64,000 nucleotides of DNA from IMG/VR virus record IMGVR_UViG_3300021960_009431; one strand, 5' to 3'. The position numbers and the translations under genes were made by a program. Position 1 is the stretch's first letter. Each line of letters begins with the position of its first letter. Below are positions 1-9,737 of this stretch, piece after piece. The notes beneath the pieces were generated by a model. It worked only from the letters and a program-made list of their open reading frames with translations, was not told where the DNA came from and did not search any database. Source of the stretch: a virus.

Positions 1-1
1 A

Positions 2-619
2 TCTCATACTAAACCTAATGATGGTAAGATTCGACTTATCTATCACACTACACCTCATCGCGGTTTAGAGATTCTAGTACCTGTAGTTGAGCATCTAGTT
101 AAATTCTTTCCTGAGATTCATCTAGACGTTTACTCTAGTTTTAAAGCTTATGGCTGGCCTCAGAGAGATGAGCCATACGAAGCTTTATTTGATAAAATTA
201 GAGAGCATCCTAATATGACTTATCATGGATATCAATCTAATGATAAAGTACGTGAGGCATTAAAACGAGCTGATATTTTTGCTTACCCTAATATCTGGCA
301 AGAGACATCATGTATTGCTGCTATTGAAGCAATGAGTGCTGCTTGTGCTGTTGTATGTCCTAATTATGCTGCTTTACCCGAAACGACTGGCAATTTTGCA
401 TTTAGTTATCAATATCATGAAGATATTCAACAACATGCAAATATCTTTGCTAATGTTCTTGGTAAGGTAATTGAACTATATAAAAATGATGAAGAGAAGA
501 CAAGAGCGAGATTACAGTTTCAAAAAATGTGGACTGATAATTTTTATTCTTGGCAAAACCGTGTAGGTGAATGGGAAGGACTGATTAATGGAATCATCGC
601 AAGTAAAGAAGCCTCGTAA
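2..619 (+). CDS. Glycosyltransferase, GT-B fold (GT4-like); 5' end lies outside the window
   Basis: Frame is open from base 2 (SHTKPNDGKIRLIYHTTPHRGL...). Contains ADIFAYP..ETSCIAAIEAMSA, the GT4 E-x7-E motif. Confidence 0.85.
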   Translation, partial: SHTKPNDGKIRLIYHTTPHRGLEILVPVVEHLVKFFPEIHLDVYSSFKAYGWPQRDEPYEALFDKIREHPNMTYHGYQSNDKVREALKRADIFAYPNIWQETSCIAAIEAMSAACAVVCPNYAALPETTGNFAFSYQYHEDIQQHANIFANVLGKVIELYKNDEEKTRARLQFQKMWTDNFYSWQNRVGEWEGLINGIIASKEAS

Positions 620-1091
620 AAAAAGAAAACCAATGACTCCGGAGCAGCGTCAAGCAGCTGCGGAGCGTCTCGCATTAGCGCGTGAAAAAAAACTGAAAGA
701 CAATCCTCCTAAAAATCTTTCTCTGCACTCCTCTATTAGAGATTTGCCTGAAAGTGATCCTTTACATCCTAAAAAAGTAAGACAATGGATTAAGACTCAA
801 AAAGATTTACGTGCATCATATAGACGAGAAGTGAGAGCAAATACTAAAGGAGCTCAATCAAGACTTTCTAGTTGTGATGGATATATAAAAAATATGGAAC
901 GTTATCTTCGAAATGGTGAATGGGTAGATATGTTTTTTGGTGAGCATCAAACTAATAAAATTAAATATAAAGTATCTAAAAAAGGTATGGCATATTATTC
1001 TGATGGTACTGCTAAAAGAACTATAGGTTATTTCTATGAAGACATAGGGTGTGAATGGACAAAAGAGATGGCTGATGAGTTTCCTAAATAG
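588..1091 (+). CDS. Conserved hypothetical protein of marine T4-like phages (basic N-terminus)
   Basis: 167-aa ORF with RBS GAAGGA; KKPRKKRKPMTPEQR..AAERLALAR pattern. Confidence 0.6.
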   Translation: MESSQVKKPRKKRKPMTPEQRQAAAERLALAREKKLKDNPPKNLSLHSSIRDLPESDPLHPKKVRQWIKTQKDLRASYRREVRANTKGAQSRLSSCDGYIKNMERYLRNGEWVDMFFGEHQTNKIKYKVSKKGMAYYSDGTAKRTIGYFYEDIGCEWTKEMADEFPK

Positions 1092-1095
1092 TCAT

Positions 1096-1434
1096 ATGAC
1101 TAATAATATACTCAAATTTCCAGGTAGGCTTAAACGTACATTACCTGCAAATACTGATAACACAGTAGAGGATAAAAGACGAATAAAAGAAAATAAAACT
1201 TTATTCGTTGACCGCCTTACAGATCACTATGGTTTGCAATTAATTAATAAGTTAGCAATGCATGGTTTTGATGTTGATAACGATAAATTTATGTATGATT
1301 ATATATTTACTATGGAAACATTAAGAGCTTGCTTACTACGTAGTGTAGGAGTAATGCACCCGTTACAGAAATTAAGTGATAAATCAGAAGATCTGATAGG
1401 TGATAGCGATTTTAATATAGAAGAAGATGAATAA
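1096..1434 (+). CDS. Hypothetical protein
   Basis: ORF 1051..1434; likely start at 1096 (MTNNILKFP, a common phage N-terminus). Confidence 0.55.
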   Translation: MTNNILKFPGRLKRTLPANTDNTVEDKRRIKENKTLFVDRLTDHYGLQLINKLAMHGFDVDNDKFMYDYIFTMETLRACLLRSVGVMHPLQKLSDKSEDLIGDSDFNIEEDE

Positions 1435-1438
1435 ACAG

Positions 1439-1467
1439 TTGCATTTTACTGCGATATAGGATACAAT
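1439..1467 (+). promoter_or_regulatory. Early sigma70-type promoter
   Basis: AAACAG-TTGCAT-N17-TACAAT upstream of rnh; member of an 11-copy family. Confidence 0.8.
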
Positions 1468-1503
1468 AATATATTATGAAAAAAATGAAACTGGAGAATA
1501 ACT

Positions 1504-2361
1504 GTGCTACTTGTAGACTTCAACCAAGTCGTCATAAGCAATTTTATGGCGCAAGTTGGAAATCATACTAATATTCCTTTAGATGAAGGTTTACTTAGAC
1601 ATATGATTCTAAATACGATTCGCGTGAATCGTAATAAATTTACTAAACAAAATAGTAATATGATTATCTGCTGCGACAGTAAAAAATACTGGCGTAGAGA
1701 TATCTTTCCTTATTATAAAGCTAGTCGTAAAAAAGATAGAGAAAAATCTGGTGTAGATTGGTCTACTATGTTTAATACTTTATCTCTTGTCCGGCAAGAG
1801 CTTATAGATCACTTTCCATATAAAACCCTTATGGTAGAAGGCGCTGAAGCTGATGATATCATAGGTACGATAGTGCATAAGTATAATCAGTATGAGAAAG
1901 AAATAGTAATCCTTTCAAGTGATAAAGACTTCATGCAACTTCAGATTTACCCTAATGTAAAGCAATACAGTCCTGTACATAAAAAGTATATTCGTACTGC
2001 CGATCCTGAATTATATCTCAGAGAGCATATTATTAAAGGAGATAGAGGTGATGGAGTACCTAATATTGCCTCTGCTGATGCTACCTTTGTTAATGGTGGG
2101 CGTCAAAAACCAATGAGAAAAAAGTTAGTAGATCAAATAGCAAATACTAATGTGCTTACTACTAATGAAGTAAATGAAGAGATAAAACGAAATTATGCTC
2201 GTAACCAGCAGTTAGTAGATCTATCTTATACCCCTCAAGAACTACAAGATGAAATAGTTAGTGCTTATACTAATTATGAAGTAAAAGATCGAAGCGGATT
2301 ATTTAACTACTTTGTAAATAATAAGCTAAAAAACCTTATGGAAAATTTAGGTGAGTTTTAA
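1504..2361 (+). CDS. rnh: T4-type RNase H (5'-3' exonuclease, FEN family)
   Basis: LLVDFNQ, YWRRDIFPYYKASRK, EADDIIG, SSDKDFMQL, GDRGDGVPNI motifs. Confidence 0.95.
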   Translation: MLLVDFNQVVISNFMAQVGNHTNIPLDEGLLRHMILNTIRVNRNKFTKQNSNMIICCDSKKYWRRDIFPYYKASRKKDREKSGVDWSTMFNTLSLVRQELIDHFPYKTLMVEGAEADDIIGTIVHKYNQYEKEIVILSSDKDFMQLQIYPNVKQYSPVHKKYIRTADPELYLREHIIKGDRGDGVPNIASADATFVNGGRQKPMRKKLVDQIANTNVLTTNEVNEEIKRNYARNQQLVDLSYTPQELQDEIVSAYTNYEVKDRSGLFNYFVNNKLKNLMENLGEF

Positions 2362-2789
2362 TGAATTTAAGCGTACATGAACAATTAAAAGATGTTGAAA
2401 AGCAAAAGTCTAAAAAAGAAAAAATAGCTAAACTGAACGAGTATATTAACTCAACAAAAGCTTTAGCTATTATTTTAGACTTAACATTTAATCCTAAAAT
2501 TAAATGGTTACTTCCTCCAGGAGCACCTCCATATAATCCTTCTGATCATTTAGACAATCAGAATGTTCTTAAGAATGATGCTCGTAAATTGCAATACTTT
2601 ATAAATACTCGTGAAGGCAATAATATGAAGCCTTTACGACGCGAAACAATGTTTATTGAACTATTAGAATCTGTTAATAAACATGACGCTAAGTTGCTTA
2701 TTTCTATCAAGGATGGGAAGTTACCCTACAATGGTATCACAAAGAAACTGGTCCAAGAAGCACTCCCAGAACAAACAAAGAACTGGTAA
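2361..2789 (+). CDS. Conserved T4-like phage protein (DUF6433-like)
   Basis: WLLPPGAPPY and RRETMFIELLES pattern; typically follows rnh. Confidence 0.6.
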   Translation: MNLSVHEQLKDVEKQKSKKEKIAKLNEYINSTKALAIILDLTFNPKIKWLLPPGAPPYNPSDHLDNQNVLKNDARKLQYFINTREGNNMKPLRRETMFIELLESVNKHDAKLLISIKDGKLPYNGITKKLVQEALPEQTKNW

Positions 2790-2914
2790 GACATATCGTC
2801 GTAAATCTTGGAACGACGATTACGGTGAACATACAATTGAAAGTGTTAGCAAGAAGCAGGTGCTTTCAGAGCGAAAGCGGCGCTTTAAGCAAAACATAAA
2901 GCGAGCAATACAAA

Positions 2915-3526
2915 ATGAAGAATACGACGAAATCGAAGACTTCTACGAGTAGAGCTTTTATCATTGGTAATGGTAAATCTCGCGAAGGTTTCGACTTAGA
3001 GCAATTACGACCGTATGGAGACATTTACGGGTGTAATGCTCTTTATCGCGATTTTGAACCTGACTGGCTTATTGCAATAGATGATGCAATAACTAAAGAG
3101 ATTCAAGATAGCGACTTTCCTCAAAATAAATTTATACATCCAATATATGAAGAGCAATTTGAGCATCCTGAATTCAATCCTTTTACAAGATTGCGCTCTA
3201 ATGCTGGAATGAACGCTATGATGGAAGCACTTAAGCATGGAAAGCGGGAGCTTATATGTTTAGGTTTTGACTTTGTTATTAATAATGAATTATCTGTCAG
3301 TAATTTATATGATGGTACAAACGCTTACGGACCTGAAACTCGTACAGCAGTTCAAGATAATTTAAGAAGAGTAAAGTATCTAGATTGGTTTGCTACAAAA
3401 AATAATGTGGCAACTATTCGAATGATCTTACCTAAAGTAGATAATCTAAAAGTACATAAAATGAATTCTAAAAATATACGAGGTATGTTTATAGACAATT
3501 TAATTGAGTATTTAAATGAAAATTGA
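2915..3526 (+). CDS. Putative CMP-sugar-dependent glycosyltransferase (GT29/GT42/GT73-like fold)
   Basis: AFIIGNGKS..YGCNALY..SNAGMNAMMEALKHGKRELICLGFDF parallels Cst-II VIIAGNGPS..FRCNQFY..SGVYMCAVAIALGYKEIYLSGIDF (recalled, not aligned). Confidence 0.55.
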   Translation: MKNTTKSKTSTSRAFIIGNGKSREGFDLEQLRPYGDIYGCNALYRDFEPDWLIAIDDAITKEIQDSDFPQNKFIHPIYEEQFEHPEFNPFTRLRSNAGMNAMMEALKHGKRELICLGFDFVINNELSVSNLYDGTNAYGPETRTAVQDNLRRVKYLDWFATKNNVATIRMILPKVDNLKVHKMNSKNIRGMFIDNLIEYLNEN

Positions 3527-4097
3527 TCTTTTTAGTACACCTATAACTGTTAATGAATTAAATGAGCAAGTTTTAATTAGTACTAGACGTGCATTAGAAG
3601 AATATCTAAAAGATATAAATTATACTACTTTTGATTCTACTACAAAAACAACGTATCAATTAGATAATATTTTTTCAAGACCAGAGTATAATAAATTAAA
3701 AAAATCTGTTCTTATATATGTTAACGACTACATTACATCTAATAAAATAGATATAGATATTTCAAACTGTGAATTAGATGGTTGGGTTAATATATCAAAT
3801 AAATTTGATTATCAAGAATATCATAATCACAGTAATCCAAAAAATATATTAAGCGGTAATATCTTTATTAATAGTGATGAAAAACAGAAATATGGTAGAC
3901 TAGTTTTTTATAATCCTTTCTCTAATTTAATTCGTTATTCAAGATTAGATTGTAATAATTCTAGTTTTACGGAAAAATATTTTATTAAACCAGAAATAGG
4001 AAAAGTGGTTATTTTTCCTTCCTGGCTTAATCATTCTGTTGAACATAATGACTCAGAAGTAACAAGAATAACAATTTCCTTTAATATAAAATTATAA
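3516..4097 (+). CDS. 2OG-Fe(II) oxygenase (TIGR02466-like)
   Basis: LFSTPI, WVN, HNH, IFPSWLNHSV, RITISFN. Confidence 0.85.
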   Translation: MKIDLFSTPITVNELNEQVLISTRRALEEYLKDINYTTFDSTTKTTYQLDNIFSRPEYNKLKKSVLIYVNDYITSNKIDIDISNCELDGWVNISNKFDYQEYHNHSNPKNILSGNIFINSDEKQKYGRLVFYNPFSNLIRYSRLDCNNSSFTEKYFIKPEIGKVVIFPSWLNHSVEHNDSEVTRITISFNIKL

Positions 4098-4100
4098 ATA
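4093..4100 (+). promoter_or_regulatory. T4-type late promoter
   Basis: Exact TATAAATA upstream of the FmdB-like gene and phoH. Confidence 0.7.
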
Positions 4101-4123
4101 AAAATGTCTGATATGGAGAATTG

Positions 4124-4435
4124 ATGCCGACTTACACTTTTCAAGACAAAAAAACTGGCGATACCTGGGAAGAAATCTGTTCCTGGAATGATCGCTGCGC
4201 CTTCCTCGAAGAAAATCCTCACATTAAAACTATTATAGTGAAGGCTCCTGCCATGGTAGGAAGTCGATATATTAGTGGCATCAAAAATGATGGAGGATGG
4301 AGTGAAAATTTGTCTCGCATAGCTGAAGCACATCCTGGTAGTGCTTTAGCTGCTCAACATGGCCCAAAAGATTCAACGACAGTGAAAACGAGACAAGCTG
4401 TAGAAAAATGGAGGAAGCAGACTGGTAAAACATAA
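4124..4435 (+). CDS. FmdB-family (zinc-ribbon-like) protein
   Basis: MPTYTF..TG..E N-terminus; typical neighbour of phoH in T4-like phages. Confidence 0.65.
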   Translation: MPTYTFQDKKTGDTWEEICSWNDRCAFLEENPHIKTIIVKAPAMVGSRYISGIKNDGGWSENLSRIAEAHPGSALAAQHGPKDSTTVKTRQAVEKWRKQTGKT

Positions 4436-4453
4436 CTCACGAGAGGTACTAAT

Positions 4454-5245
4454 ATGGCCATTGCTGTTGAACTTATTGAACAAGAATTTGATAAAGATAT
4501 AGAAAAAGCAATTACAAGAGCACAAAGAAAAAGATTAAAAAAACAAAAGTACCAACAGAAAAAGCAATTGATAGATATAACGACTATTGATCCGCGCACC
4601 GAAAATCAAGCAAGAGTGTTTGATTCGTTCGATAGTGGAGATAATTTATTACTTCACGGTGTAGCAGGAACAGGAAAAACATTTGTATCTCTCTATCTCG
4701 CATTAGACGATGTGTTTAATGGAGATGATATGAAACGGTCTGTAACAATTATTAGATCAGTAGTTCCAACTCGAGATATGGGTTTCTTACCAGGTAAAGA
4801 GACAGAAAAGACAGCTGTATATGAACAACCTTACCAAGCTATTTGTAGAGAGTTAACCAATAGAGGTGATGGCTATGATGTTCTTAAACAGCGAGGTGTA
4901 ATTAAGTTTACTACTACCTCTTACATTAGGGGATTAACATTAGATAATACTACTCTAGTTGTAGATGAGTGTCAGAATATGACATTTCATGAGCTAGATA
5001 GTATCATTACAAGAGTTGGTGAAAATACTAGAATTATATTTTGTGGTGATTTTAGACAGACTGACTTAAATAAACCGCATGACCAATCTGGAATAAAAGA
5101 GTTTATGAATATTCTAGGGCGTATGAATGGGTTTAACTCCGTAGAATTTGATTACGATGATATTGTAAGATCAGGTTTGGTTAAAGAATATATTATGGCT
5201 AAGGATAAATATGACAATTTATTACCAACGAAACGAGCAGTTTGA
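4454..5245 (+). CDS. phoH: PhoH-family ATPase
   Basis: GVAGTGKT P-loop, GFLPG, YIRGLT, DECQN, GDFRQTD, DIVRSGLV. Confidence 0.95.
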   Translation: MAIAVELIEQEFDKDIEKAITRAQRKRLKKQKYQQKKQLIDITTIDPRTENQARVFDSFDSGDNLLLHGVAGTGKTFVSLYLALDDVFNGDDMKRSVTIIRSVVPTRDMGFLPGKETEKTAVYEQPYQAICRELTNRGDGYDVLKQRGVIKFTTTSYIRGLTLDNTTLVVDECQNMTFHELDSIITRVGENTRIIFCGDFRQTDLNKPHDQSGIKEFMNILGRMNGFNSVEFDYDDIVRSGLVKEYIMAKDKYDNLLPTKRAV

Positions 5246-5912
5246 AAAACATTATAGTGTTAATGAACTAATTGAATCAGCAACTCCGCAAAACTCAAAT
5301 TGGTTGAATAGTATTCCGCCAATTCGACGGGGATTTAAAACATTAAAAGAATGGTTTTTATCACCAGACTCATTAGAAGGTGATGGTATCCCTAGCACTA
5401 TTCGTATGTGCCCAGGTATAAAAGCGTATCTTGATAAATGTATACTTGTTAAATTTTCACACGAGTTACTACTTCAAACAACCTCGCGAGGTCAACTAAA
5501 ATATCAAATCCCGCAAAATAATAGATGCAATATTGTAGTAGAAATCCATAACCCAGATCAATACAGTTCATCTTCATCTAATTTGTTTAACGATAAAATT
5601 AATGTTAAATTCGTTTTACCGTTGAATATACATGTAGATAAAGATAATTATATGATGCCTCAAGTTCCTTATTATCATACAAGTGTGCCTTACGATGTAA
5701 TGCCAGGTATTATTACAAACCGTAATATAGTTAACGAAACAGCTGTAAATGTTATGTTTCCTAAAATAGATGCTGTATATCATTTCAAACAAGGTGACCC
5801 GTTTTGTTACATATATAATTTAAAAGATAATAGAATTAAGCTAAAAGCAAATAATAATAATCTTGCTCGTAAAACCTTCTTAAATAACTTTAATAGAAAT
5901 AAAAATGTTTAA
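5211..5912 (+). CDS. Hypothetical phage protein (possible dUTPase-like beta fold)
   Basis: TIRMCPGI..PGII..GDPFCYI pattern; start overlaps the phoH 3' end. Confidence 0.5.
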   Translation: MTIYYQRNEQFEKHYSVNELIESATPQNSNWLNSIPPIRRGFKTLKEWFLSPDSLEGDGIPSTIRMCPGIKAYLDKCILVKFSHELLLQTTSRGQLKYQIPQNNRCNIVVEIHNPDQYSSSSSNLFNDKINVKFVLPLNIHVDKDNYMMPQVPYYHTSVPYDVMPGIITNRNIVNETAVNVMFPKIDAVYHFKQGDPFCYIYNLKDNRIKLKANNNNLARKTFLNNFNRNKNV

Positions 5913-6570
5913 TCATATAAATCCTCCTGAGCTTCAAGAGCTTGAAACTGAAACTATTAATGGAAAAAGATACTACGTCACTCCTAGTGGTAAAAAATAT
6001 CCTTCTGTAACTACAGTCTCAGGTTTTGCTTCAGCAAAATCTATAGTAGAGTGGCGTAAAAGAGTAGGAGCAGAAAAAGCTAATAAAATATCTACTCAGG
6101 CAGCAGTTAGGGGAACAGCTGTACACAAACTATGTGAAGACTATATTAATAATATAGATAATTATAAAGAAAAACATATGCCTGTAAATATACAAGCATT
6201 TAATTCCATAAAACCATTACTAGATAAACATTTAAATAATGTAGTTATGCAAGAATGTCCGTTGTATTCTGATTATTTAGAAGTTGGAGGAAGAGTTGAT
6301 TGTATTGCTGAGTGGGACGGATTGATGTCTGTTATAGACTTTAAAACGTCACGAAAAATAAAAAAGAAAGAATGGATTAAAGGATATATGATGCAAGAAT
6401 CAGCATATTGTGTCATGTTTGAAGAGCGAACTAAAATACCAATTAGACAAATAGTTACTGTAATTACTGTAGATAATGAAGATCCACAGTTGTTTATAGA
6501 AGATAGAGATAATTATATTTGGGATTTTATTGATTTAAGAAAAAAATTTAGAGAAGTTTATGGTAATTAA
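5905..6570 (+). CDS. PD-(D/E)xK / Cas4-like exonuclease of T4-like phages
   Basis: YPSVTTV, RGTAVH, GRVDCIAE..IDFKTS, Q..AY motifs. Confidence 0.9.
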   Translation: MFNHINPPELQELETETINGKRYYVTPSGKKYPSVTTVSGFASAKSIVEWRKRVGAEKANKISTQAAVRGTAVHKLCEDYINNIDNYKEKHMPVNIQAFNSIKPLLDKHLNNVVMQECPLYSDYLEVGGRVDCIAEWDGLMSVIDFKTSRKIKKKEWIKGYMMQESAYCVMFEERTKIPIRQIVTVITVDNEDPQLFIEDRDNYIWDFIDLRKKFREVYGN

Positions 6571-7175
6571 TGTTACAAGATTTTAGTCCTTTACAAGTAG
6601 AAAATAAAGAAACATTTATATTATGTGGTCAAATTTGTGATAATATATGTGATAAATTAATAGAAGTATACAATAACAAAACCCCTGATCGAGGCAAAAT
6701 TGGTACTATGTTAGAGGGTGGAGGTTATGTAAATAGAGTAGATACAACTGTTAAAGATAGTTATGATGTTGCTTTAGATCCAGATGATGTAAGCCCCTAT
6801 GTTATAGATGTATTTGAGTTAGTAAAGCAGTACATCAGAAAATATGATATTTTAGCTAGTAAATTTCAGAATTATAAAATAAATGAAACGATTAATATTC
6901 AAAAATATCCTCCAGACGGAGGGTTTCATCAGCCTCATTATGAAAGAAACTATGAAGGTGAAACTCAAAGACATTTTGTTTTTATGACTTATCTAAACAC
7001 TATTGAACAAGGTGGAGAAACACATTTTAAATATTATAACGGAGGAGTGCAGCCCAGAAAAGGTTTAACTCTTTTATGGCCTGCAGATTGGACTCATACA
7101 CATTATAGTATTCCTGCACCTAAAGAAGAAAAAATGATTATAACAGGATGGATTAATTATGAGTCCGGTAATTAA
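6570..7175 (+). CDS. 2OG-Fe(II) oxygenase (prolyl-4-hydroxylase-like)
   Basis: NIQKY..GGF..HYE, MTYLN, GGETHF, WPADWTHTH, K.IITGW. Confidence 0.9.
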   Translation: MLQDFSPLQVENKETFILCGQICDNICDKLIEVYNNKTPDRGKIGTMLEGGGYVNRVDTTVKDSYDVALDPDDVSPYVIDVFELVKQYIRKYDILASKFQNYKINETINIQKYPPDGGFHQPHYERNYEGETQRHFVFMTYLNTIEQGGETHFKYYNGGVQPRKGLTLLWPADWTHTHYSIPAPKEEKMIITGWINYESGN

Positions 7176-7749
7176 TATATTTTCTACACCTATTTTTCAC
7201 ACTAAATTAAATACAATGTGTGACGATAGGATAAAAATGACTCTTGATTTAGTTTCTAATTATGATTATTCGGGAAGAGAGCCTGCGACTCATTCGAGTA
7301 TATTTCACCACCCCCATCTTCTTGATGTAAAAAGAGAGATACAAGATTTAGTATTAGGATTTGGAAAAAACGTTTTTAATCATTTAATAGACGGGATTGA
7401 AATAACAAACTCTTGGTCAAATAATATGTTTAATGGTAAATCAATCGATACACATTTTCATGCTAACAGTTACATTAGCGGGTCTGTTTATCTCTCTCAC
7501 GGCACACCTATCACATTTTATGATTCTAATGAATTATTTTGTATACAACCAAAATCAATAGAAAATGAATATAAAATTTCACCTTCACCTGGGGACCTAG
7601 TATTATTTCCTTCTAAGTTAAAACATGGAGTTCATCAGGAAGAAAATGCTCCTACAAGATATTCTATAGCCTTTAATACTTTTCCAACTAGAAATATCGA
7701 CGGGGTTAACAGTATAGATTCTTTTGTTAAAGATCCTTATTTTTTGTAG
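7159..7749 (+). CDS. 2OG-Fe(II) oxygenase (TIGR02466-like)
   Basis: SWSN, HFHANSYISG, LFPSKLKHGV, RYSIAFN. Confidence 0.88.
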   Translation: MSPVINIFSTPIFHTKLNTMCDDRIKMTLDLVSNYDYSGREPATHSSIFHHPHLLDVKREIQDLVLGFGKNVFNHLIDGIEITNSWSNNMFNGKSIDTHFHANSYISGSVYLSHGTPITFYDSNELFCIQPKSIENEYKISPSPGDLVLFPSKLKHGVHQEENAPTRYSIAFNTFPTRNIDGVNSIDSFVKDPYFL

Positions 7750-8293
7750 CTCTTACATATTCAATGTAATTATGTAAGCGACCTCTTCTCCATCCGGTAG
7801 GAATTTCTCCGTAACATCTTTTCTCTTCTTTTGTGAAAGCATTACAAATCCATATCCACCCACCTTTGTTATTATTATTTACTGATTTAAGAAGTTTAGT
7901 CTCTTCAGAATCAGTAACTCCTTCGCGATGGTGTTTATGGTATTTGTAATGCTCTTTTAATTTTTTAGAGACAGTTTCTTTGACATGATCCGGTCTAGGT
8001 TTTCCATATTGACTATTGCCTTCTCCAGATGTAGCTTCAGACATTTTACGACGAGTTTCCTCAGATCTGCGAACAGGACCTTTACGCTCAATACGCTTAG
8101 TTACCCAGTGATTAGGTTTAGCCTCAGATCTATTATATAACTCACATTTATATTGTTTTTTATACATTTCTGCACGAATCAGTAGCTTCTCAAGCACAGA
8201 ATTTGATTCAAGAAGCTCAAGATTTCGAGTATTTTGCATAGATTCTTCGAGAATTAGCTGATTTTCATTGGAATTATAATACAAATAAAACAT
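7727..8293 (-). CDS. NUMOD3 DNA-binding-repeat protein (homing-endonuclease-related, no recognisable nuclease domain)
   Basis: RSEETRRKMSEA..GEGNSQYGK, DSEETK, and C-terminal WICN..GWRRGR. Confidence 0.7.
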   Translation of the reverse strand: MFYLYYNSNENQLILEESMQNTRNLELLESNSVLEKLLIRAEMYKKQYKCELYNRSEAKPNHWVTKRIERKGPVRRSEETRRKMSEATSGEGNSQYGKPRPDHVKETVSKKLKEHYKYHKHHREGVTDSEETKLLKSVNNNNKGGWIWICNAFTKEEKRCYGEIPTGWRRGRLHNYIEYVRATKNKDL

Positions 8294-8333
8294 AACTTAT
8301 TGATATCTAATGAAACCTTTTTTCATAAAACAG

Positions 8334-8362
8334 TTGCTATTAAAGTATTTAGTTCATATAAT
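8334..8362 (+). promoter_or_regulatory. Early promoter with upstream TAAC-TTG element
   Basis: TTGCTA-N17-TATAAT, followed by RBS GAGGAG. Confidence 0.85.
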
Positions 8363-8389
8363 ATATGTATGTTAAGAGGAGATATAAAA

Positions 8390-8800
8390 ATGGAATTTAC
8401 TTATTGCGATGATACTTTCAGCGATCTTTTTAAAGATGTAAATGGCTTTCGTCCTAGAGGTTCTTTAATGCAAGAATGGGAAGATCGTACTCCCCGTCAG
8501 AAGCAAGAGCTTTGGAATGCTCTTTGTGATGAGCTTGCAGATAACGAGAAAGCTGATCGTAAAGCTGAGGTAGAAGCTATTGAACGCTTCGAAGCTCGTA
8601 TTCAAGATGTAATTGGTCTTGGTGCTGGTGATCATAAGACAGCTCTTCGTTGGATTTCTTCTCAAGAAACTTTCTATCACGAACAATGTGTAGAGCATTT
8701 TGTTTGGGAACAAGGTGTCTTGTTTACAGACTATGGTCGTAAGCTTATTAAAGAGCTTGCTGAAGTAGTAACTTATAAAGAAATGGACTGGGCTGCATAG
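8390..8800 (+). CDS. Hypothetical early protein
   Basis: Strong RBS; SDLFKDVNGFRPR motif common in large phages. Confidence 0.7.
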   Translation: MEFTYCDDTFSDLFKDVNGFRPRGSLMQEWEDRTPRQKQELWNALCDELADNEKADRKAEVEAIERFEARIQDVIGLGAGDHKTALRWISSQETFYHEQCVEHFVWEQGVLFTDYGRKLIKELAEVVTYKEMDWAA

Positions 8801-8967
8801 TGGAGCAAATATATGAATGGGCGTATAATAAATACAATTATACGCCTTTAGAATTTAGAAAAGCGTGTTGTGAGGGGAGATTGTCCGCACATGAATATTA
8901 CATTGACAAAGGGTACTTCGATGACGATGAACTCAGACAAATGGGAATACCGACTAAAGCATCTTGA
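8800..8967 (+). CDS. Small hypothetical protein (55 aa, not in ORF track)
   Basis: GTG start overlaps the upstream TAG; MEQIYEWAYNKYNYTPLEFRKACCEG... Confidence 0.45.
   Translation: MEQIYEWAYNKYNYTPLEFRKACCEGRLSAHEYYIDKGYFDDDELRQMGIPTKAS
8820..8849 (+). terminator. Hairpin (possible terminator) overlapping a late-promoter-like ATAAATA
   Basis: Perfect 10-bp stem GGCGTATAAT/ATTATACGCC, 7-nt loop, then TTT. Confidence 0.45.
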
Positions 8968-9109
8968 ATTAACTCATCTTGAGCTTGACTCGCGAATCAA
9001 AAAAATGGAACAATTGCATGAAAATGATTTGCTTATTAGACAAATGAAAAAGCAAAAGCTAAAATTAAAAGAGCAGATTGAAAATATCCGAAAAGATTTA
9101 GATTTTTAG
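8921..9109 (+). CDS. DUF465/YdcH-family coiled-coil protein
   Basis: L..LE..H.ELD..I....MKKQKLKLKEQI. Confidence 0.75.
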   Translation: MTMNSDKWEYRLKHLELTHLELDSRIKKMEQLHENDLLIRQMKKQKLKLKEQIENIRKDLDF

Positions 9110-9119
9110 TAAAAAACAG

Positions 9120-9148
9120 TTGCACTTTAATTCTATTGAGACTAGTAT
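9120..9148 (+). promoter_or_regulatory. Early promoter
   Basis: AAAAACAG-TTGCAC-N17-TAGTAT, RBS GAGGAG. Confidence 0.8.
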
Positions 9149-9173
9149 AAGTTATCAATAGAGGAGATATATT

Positions 9174-9380
9174 ATGGTTGATTTGTACGAAGATATCGAT
9201 AAGTTAGGTGAAATACTTCAACTTCTAGGTAAGCGCAATGAAGCTGATACCTTCATGGCTTATCATTCTATTTCTGAGCTTCTTAAAAAGAAAGCTAAAA
9301 TGGTAAATAAATTTGAGCGAGAGCTCGATGCTGAATATGCGATCATTGAAGCTGGTCTTGGAGAAGGGCAGGTAGTATAA
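9174..9380 (+). CDS. Hypothetical early protein
   Basis: ORF with strong RBS after the promoter. Confidence 0.65.
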   Translation: MVDLYEDIDKLGEILQLLGKRNEADTFMAYHSISELLKKKAKMVNKFERELDAEYAIIEAGLGEGQVV

Positions 9381-9547
9381 TGTGGTGGGTTGAAGTAAGG
9401 TTCGATATGAAAGGCAGAGAACGTTGGGAGGGCTTGACCTATGATCAAGCTCACTCAGTTTATGGTAAATACTCAGGACGTAAAGCTAATGCTTGGTATG
9501 TACGAATGGGTCAAATGGAGGAAACTAATGTTAGCTTATTGCGATAA
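9380..9547 (+). CDS. Small hypothetical protein (55 aa, not in ORF track)
   Basis: TAATG coupling; MWWVEVRFDMKGRERWEGLT... Confidence 0.5.
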   Translation: MWWVEVRFDMKGRERWEGLTYDQAHSVYGKYSGRKANAWYVRMGQMEETNVSLLR

Positions 9548-9737
9548 AATTGCTGACTTAATTCATAAATCTCTATTAAAGTTCGACCCTGATGGTATTG
9601 TTGGCTTTGTGAATGGTGTTAGTATGGATCTTCATCCTTCTGATGGATATCTTGTTTCTACTAAAAAAACTATCAAGGTTTCTGATATGAATGGCAAATG
9701 GTATAAAATTTCTGTAGAAGAAATAGATGCTAACTAA
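9528..9737 (+). CDS. Hypothetical protein
   Basis: RBS GGAGG before ATG 9528 within track ORF 9441..9737. Confidence 0.6.
   Translation: MLAYCDKIADLIHKSLLKFDPDGIVGFVNGVSMDLHPSDGYLVSTKKTIKVSDMNGKWYKISVEEIDAN

Noticed and set aside
5905-6570. Cas4-like nuclease as part of a CRISPR system
   Set aside because: No repeat-spacer array or other cas genes seen; this exonuclease is a routine T4-like gene.
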